DNA of 64,000 nucleotides from a bacterium (lineage in GTDB: Bacteria > SAR324 > NAC60-12), in NCBI GenBank assembly GCA_965205865.1, contig CBDBHR010000027.1, positions 160,001 through 224,000 on the forward strand. The letters are read 5' to 3'. The notes beneath the pieces are model-generated. The model was not told where the DNA came from, made no database searches, and worked only from the letters and a program-made list of their open reading frames with translations. Of the stretch, positions 61,918-64,000 are shown piece by piece (the first letter of the stretch is position 1; each line of letters starts with the position of its first letter). The position numbers and the translations under genes were made by a program.

Positions 61918-63237
61918 ATGATGCAAAAAATCCTTTTTGTCAGCGTGGGAGGTTCATACCAACCTATCGTCAAAGCCATTGAGTCCCTTAAGCCAGAGCG
62001 AACTGTTTTTTTCTGTTCCACCGGAAGCCATTCCCAGGTTATCGGGAAAGGTAAACCTTGTGAGCAACGGAAAGGTTCCGAGATAGTAAAAAAGCTTCCC
62101 AATATCCCGACACAACTGCAAATGGGAGAGCAATTCAATCCGGACCAGGATGTTCTGGAGGTCCGGAACCCCGACGATTTCCAAGAGTGCTACGAGGCGC
62201 TTAATGAAAAGATTCACCAATTGCGGCGGATGCCTGGCGACTACCAATTCATGGCTGATTACACAGGGGGCACCAAAACCATGTCGATGGCACTGGCGAT
62301 GCTTAGCATGGATCAAGGCATTCCACTCTACATCACCACCCGTTCTACCCGAGATAACATAATAAAAGTTGAACATGGTGAATTTACTGAAAGAGTGCCT
62401 GTTTCTGCAATCATCGCCCAGCGAAAATGCGAGCAAACACTTCCTTTATTATTGGAAAACTACAATTACGCTGCTGCTGTAAACGAGCTGCAAGGTCTGC
62501 TGCGAGGAATGGAACTAATTCCGGAACTCAAACAGAAATTGCATAAACGCAGGGATTGCTTTGCGGCATTTGAATGCTGGGACCGTTTCCAACACATTGA
62601 GGCCCTGCACCTGTTAGAACCTTATATGCGCTCTTCAGAGATCCAATCTTATGGAATATTCCTCAGGCAGGTCATCCACAGCCGCAGGCAAATCGACATG
62701 CCCTTTGAAGCAAAAGGAGGAACCAAAGGACATGGGTATGAGTTGATCCTCGATTTGCTGCTCAACGAGGAACGCTGCAAAGCACAGAAACGTTTCGACG
62801 ATGGAATTGCCCGGATTTACCGGGCCGTGGAATTGCTGGCGCAGATGAGATTGGCATATAAATATGGAGTCAAAACCGGGGAGGTGGATCTGCAATGCAT
62901 TCCGGACAAGTTGCATGAAAAATACAACCAATATCGTTCTCCCACAACCGATAAGATCGAACTGGGTTTGGACAAAAGCTATAAATTGCTGGAAGATTTA
63001 CAAGACCCTTTAGGGCAGCACTACCAGAAAAATCTTCAAAAGGTTCGTAACGCATTGACCGGTAGAAATCATTCCTTTCTCGCCCACGGCTTCACCCCGA
63101 TTTCCGGAGAGGACTACGAAGCTACAAATAAAGTACTGACAGGGTTCATCCGGGAGGCGCTGCGTTTGTTGATTCCATCAAAATACATATTTGAATTTCC
63201 TGAACAATTTCCACGAACTCTCGATTTTCATCCGTAA
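61918..63237 (+). CDS. CARF-HEPN ribonuclease (TIGR02710/Csm6-Csx1-like)
   Basis: ILFVSVGGSYQPI and DYTGGTKTMS CARF motifs; RIYRAVE; RNHSFLAHG HEPN motif; start 61918 or 61921 after GGAG. Confidence 0.85.
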   Translation: MMQKILFVSVGGSYQPIVKAIESLKPERTVFFCSTGSHSQVIGKGKPCEQRKGSEIVKKLPNIPTQLQMGEQFNPDQDVLEVRNPDDFQECYEALNEKIHQLRRMPGDYQFMADYTGGTKTMSMALAMLSMDQGIPLYITTRSTRDNIIKVEHGEFTERVPVSAIIAQRKCEQTLPLLLENYNYAAAVNELQGLLRGMELIPELKQKLHKRRDCFAAFECWDRFQHIEALHLLEPYMRSSEIQSYGIFLRQVIHSRRQIDMPFEAKGGTKGHGYELILDLLLNEERCKAQKRFDDGIARIYRAVELLAQMRLAYKYGVKTGEVDLQCIPDKLHEKYNQYRSPTTDKIELGLDKSYKLLEDLQDPLGQHYQKNLQKVRNALTGRNHSFLAHGFTPISGEDYEATNKVLTGFIREALRLLIPSKYIFEFPEQFPRTLDFHP

Positions 63238-63255
63238 TTGAGGAGTCTTTGTCTT

Positions 63256-64000
63256 ATGATCGTCTACGTCAAACACCAGGGAGCGATCATTTCCCGCAGG
63301 GGCACACCCTGCAGGTCCGCAAGGACCATGCGCTGTGCCAGACCATTTTTGTCCACCGTCTGCAACAATTGGTGATCCTGGGCAATGCCATGCTGACGCT
63401 TTCGGCCATCAATCTGCTCTGTCGGGAAAAAATCGACACGATCTTCCTCACCCTCAACGGCCGCTACAAGGGGCGTCTGGAAACCGAAGAGAGCAAGAAC
63501 GTCTTTCTGACCAAGAAGCAGTTCGATTCCCTGACCGACCCGAGCTTCGGGCTCAAGTTCGCCCGGGCAATCGTGGCAGGCAAGCTCAGCAACATGGCCA
63601 CTCTCTTAGGGCGCATCAAAAGACGCAACAAACACCTGCGTTCCCAGGACTTTGACAAGCAGGTCAACGCCATCCGTCTCCTGCTCCCGAAGGTGGCCTG
63701 CGCTGACAGCCTGGAATCCCTGCGAGGTTTCGAAGGGCATGGCACCGCCACCTTTTACCAGGGCTTTCGCAACGGATTCAAGCAGGACTGGAATTTCCGC
63801 AAGCGCATCCGACGTCCGCCCACCGATCCAGTCAATTCCATCCTGTCTTTCCTCTACACGCTGCTGTTCAACCGGGTGTATGCAGCAGTGCGGGTAGCAG
63901 GTCTCTATCCGGCGGTGGGCTACCTGCACTCACTGGATTACGGACGCTATTCTCTGGTATTGGACTTGATGGAGGAATTTCGCTCCATTGTCGTGGAAAC
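63256..64000 (+). pseudogene. cas1: CRISPR integrase Cas1 with 1-nt frameshift near 63298; runs off window end
   Basis: ATG 63256 gives MIVYVKHQGAIISR; the -1 frame continues GHTLQVRK...NGRYKGRL...LRGFEG...RRPPTDPVNSILSFLY...GYLH...SLVLDLMEEFR. Confidence 0.9.

Noticed and set aside
63335-63929. Track ORFs overlapping the cas1 region
   Set aside because: Alternative-frame or antisense shadows of the Cas1 frame, which has no stop in the window.

Overview
Bacterial chromosomal window; gene style suggests a deltaproteobacteria-like lineage, but this cannot be proven from the sequence. Positions 1-50 kb are mostly housekeeping and metabolic genes: tsaEB, dnaG-rpoD, glnS, lysS, carA, ahcY, yceD-rpmF-plsX, ferredoxin, tRNA-Gln, hflK, folD, pepA, deoD, argJ, a fused 5-oxoprolinase and an XPB-like helicase. 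These are interspersed with small palindromic or MITE-like elements, a phoX remnant and a small frameshifted gene. Positions 50.8-64 kb hold a type III-B CRISPR-Cas locus: cas6, cmr1-6 (Cas10/Cmr2 with intact HD and GGDD motifs), then two tandem cyclic-oligoadenylate effectors (a CARF-adenosine deaminase fusion of Cad1/CAAD type and a CARF-HEPN RNase), then a cas1 with a 1-nt frameshift that runs off the window. No CRISPR array is visible in the window. Other notable items are a candidate methyl-branched fatty acid operon (acyltransferase, cfa-like methyltransferase, geranylgeranyl-reductase-like flavoprotein) and a ferritin-like (DUF455)/ATP-grasp fusion of unknown function next to pepA. All family assignments come from motif recognition by eye; no searches were run.
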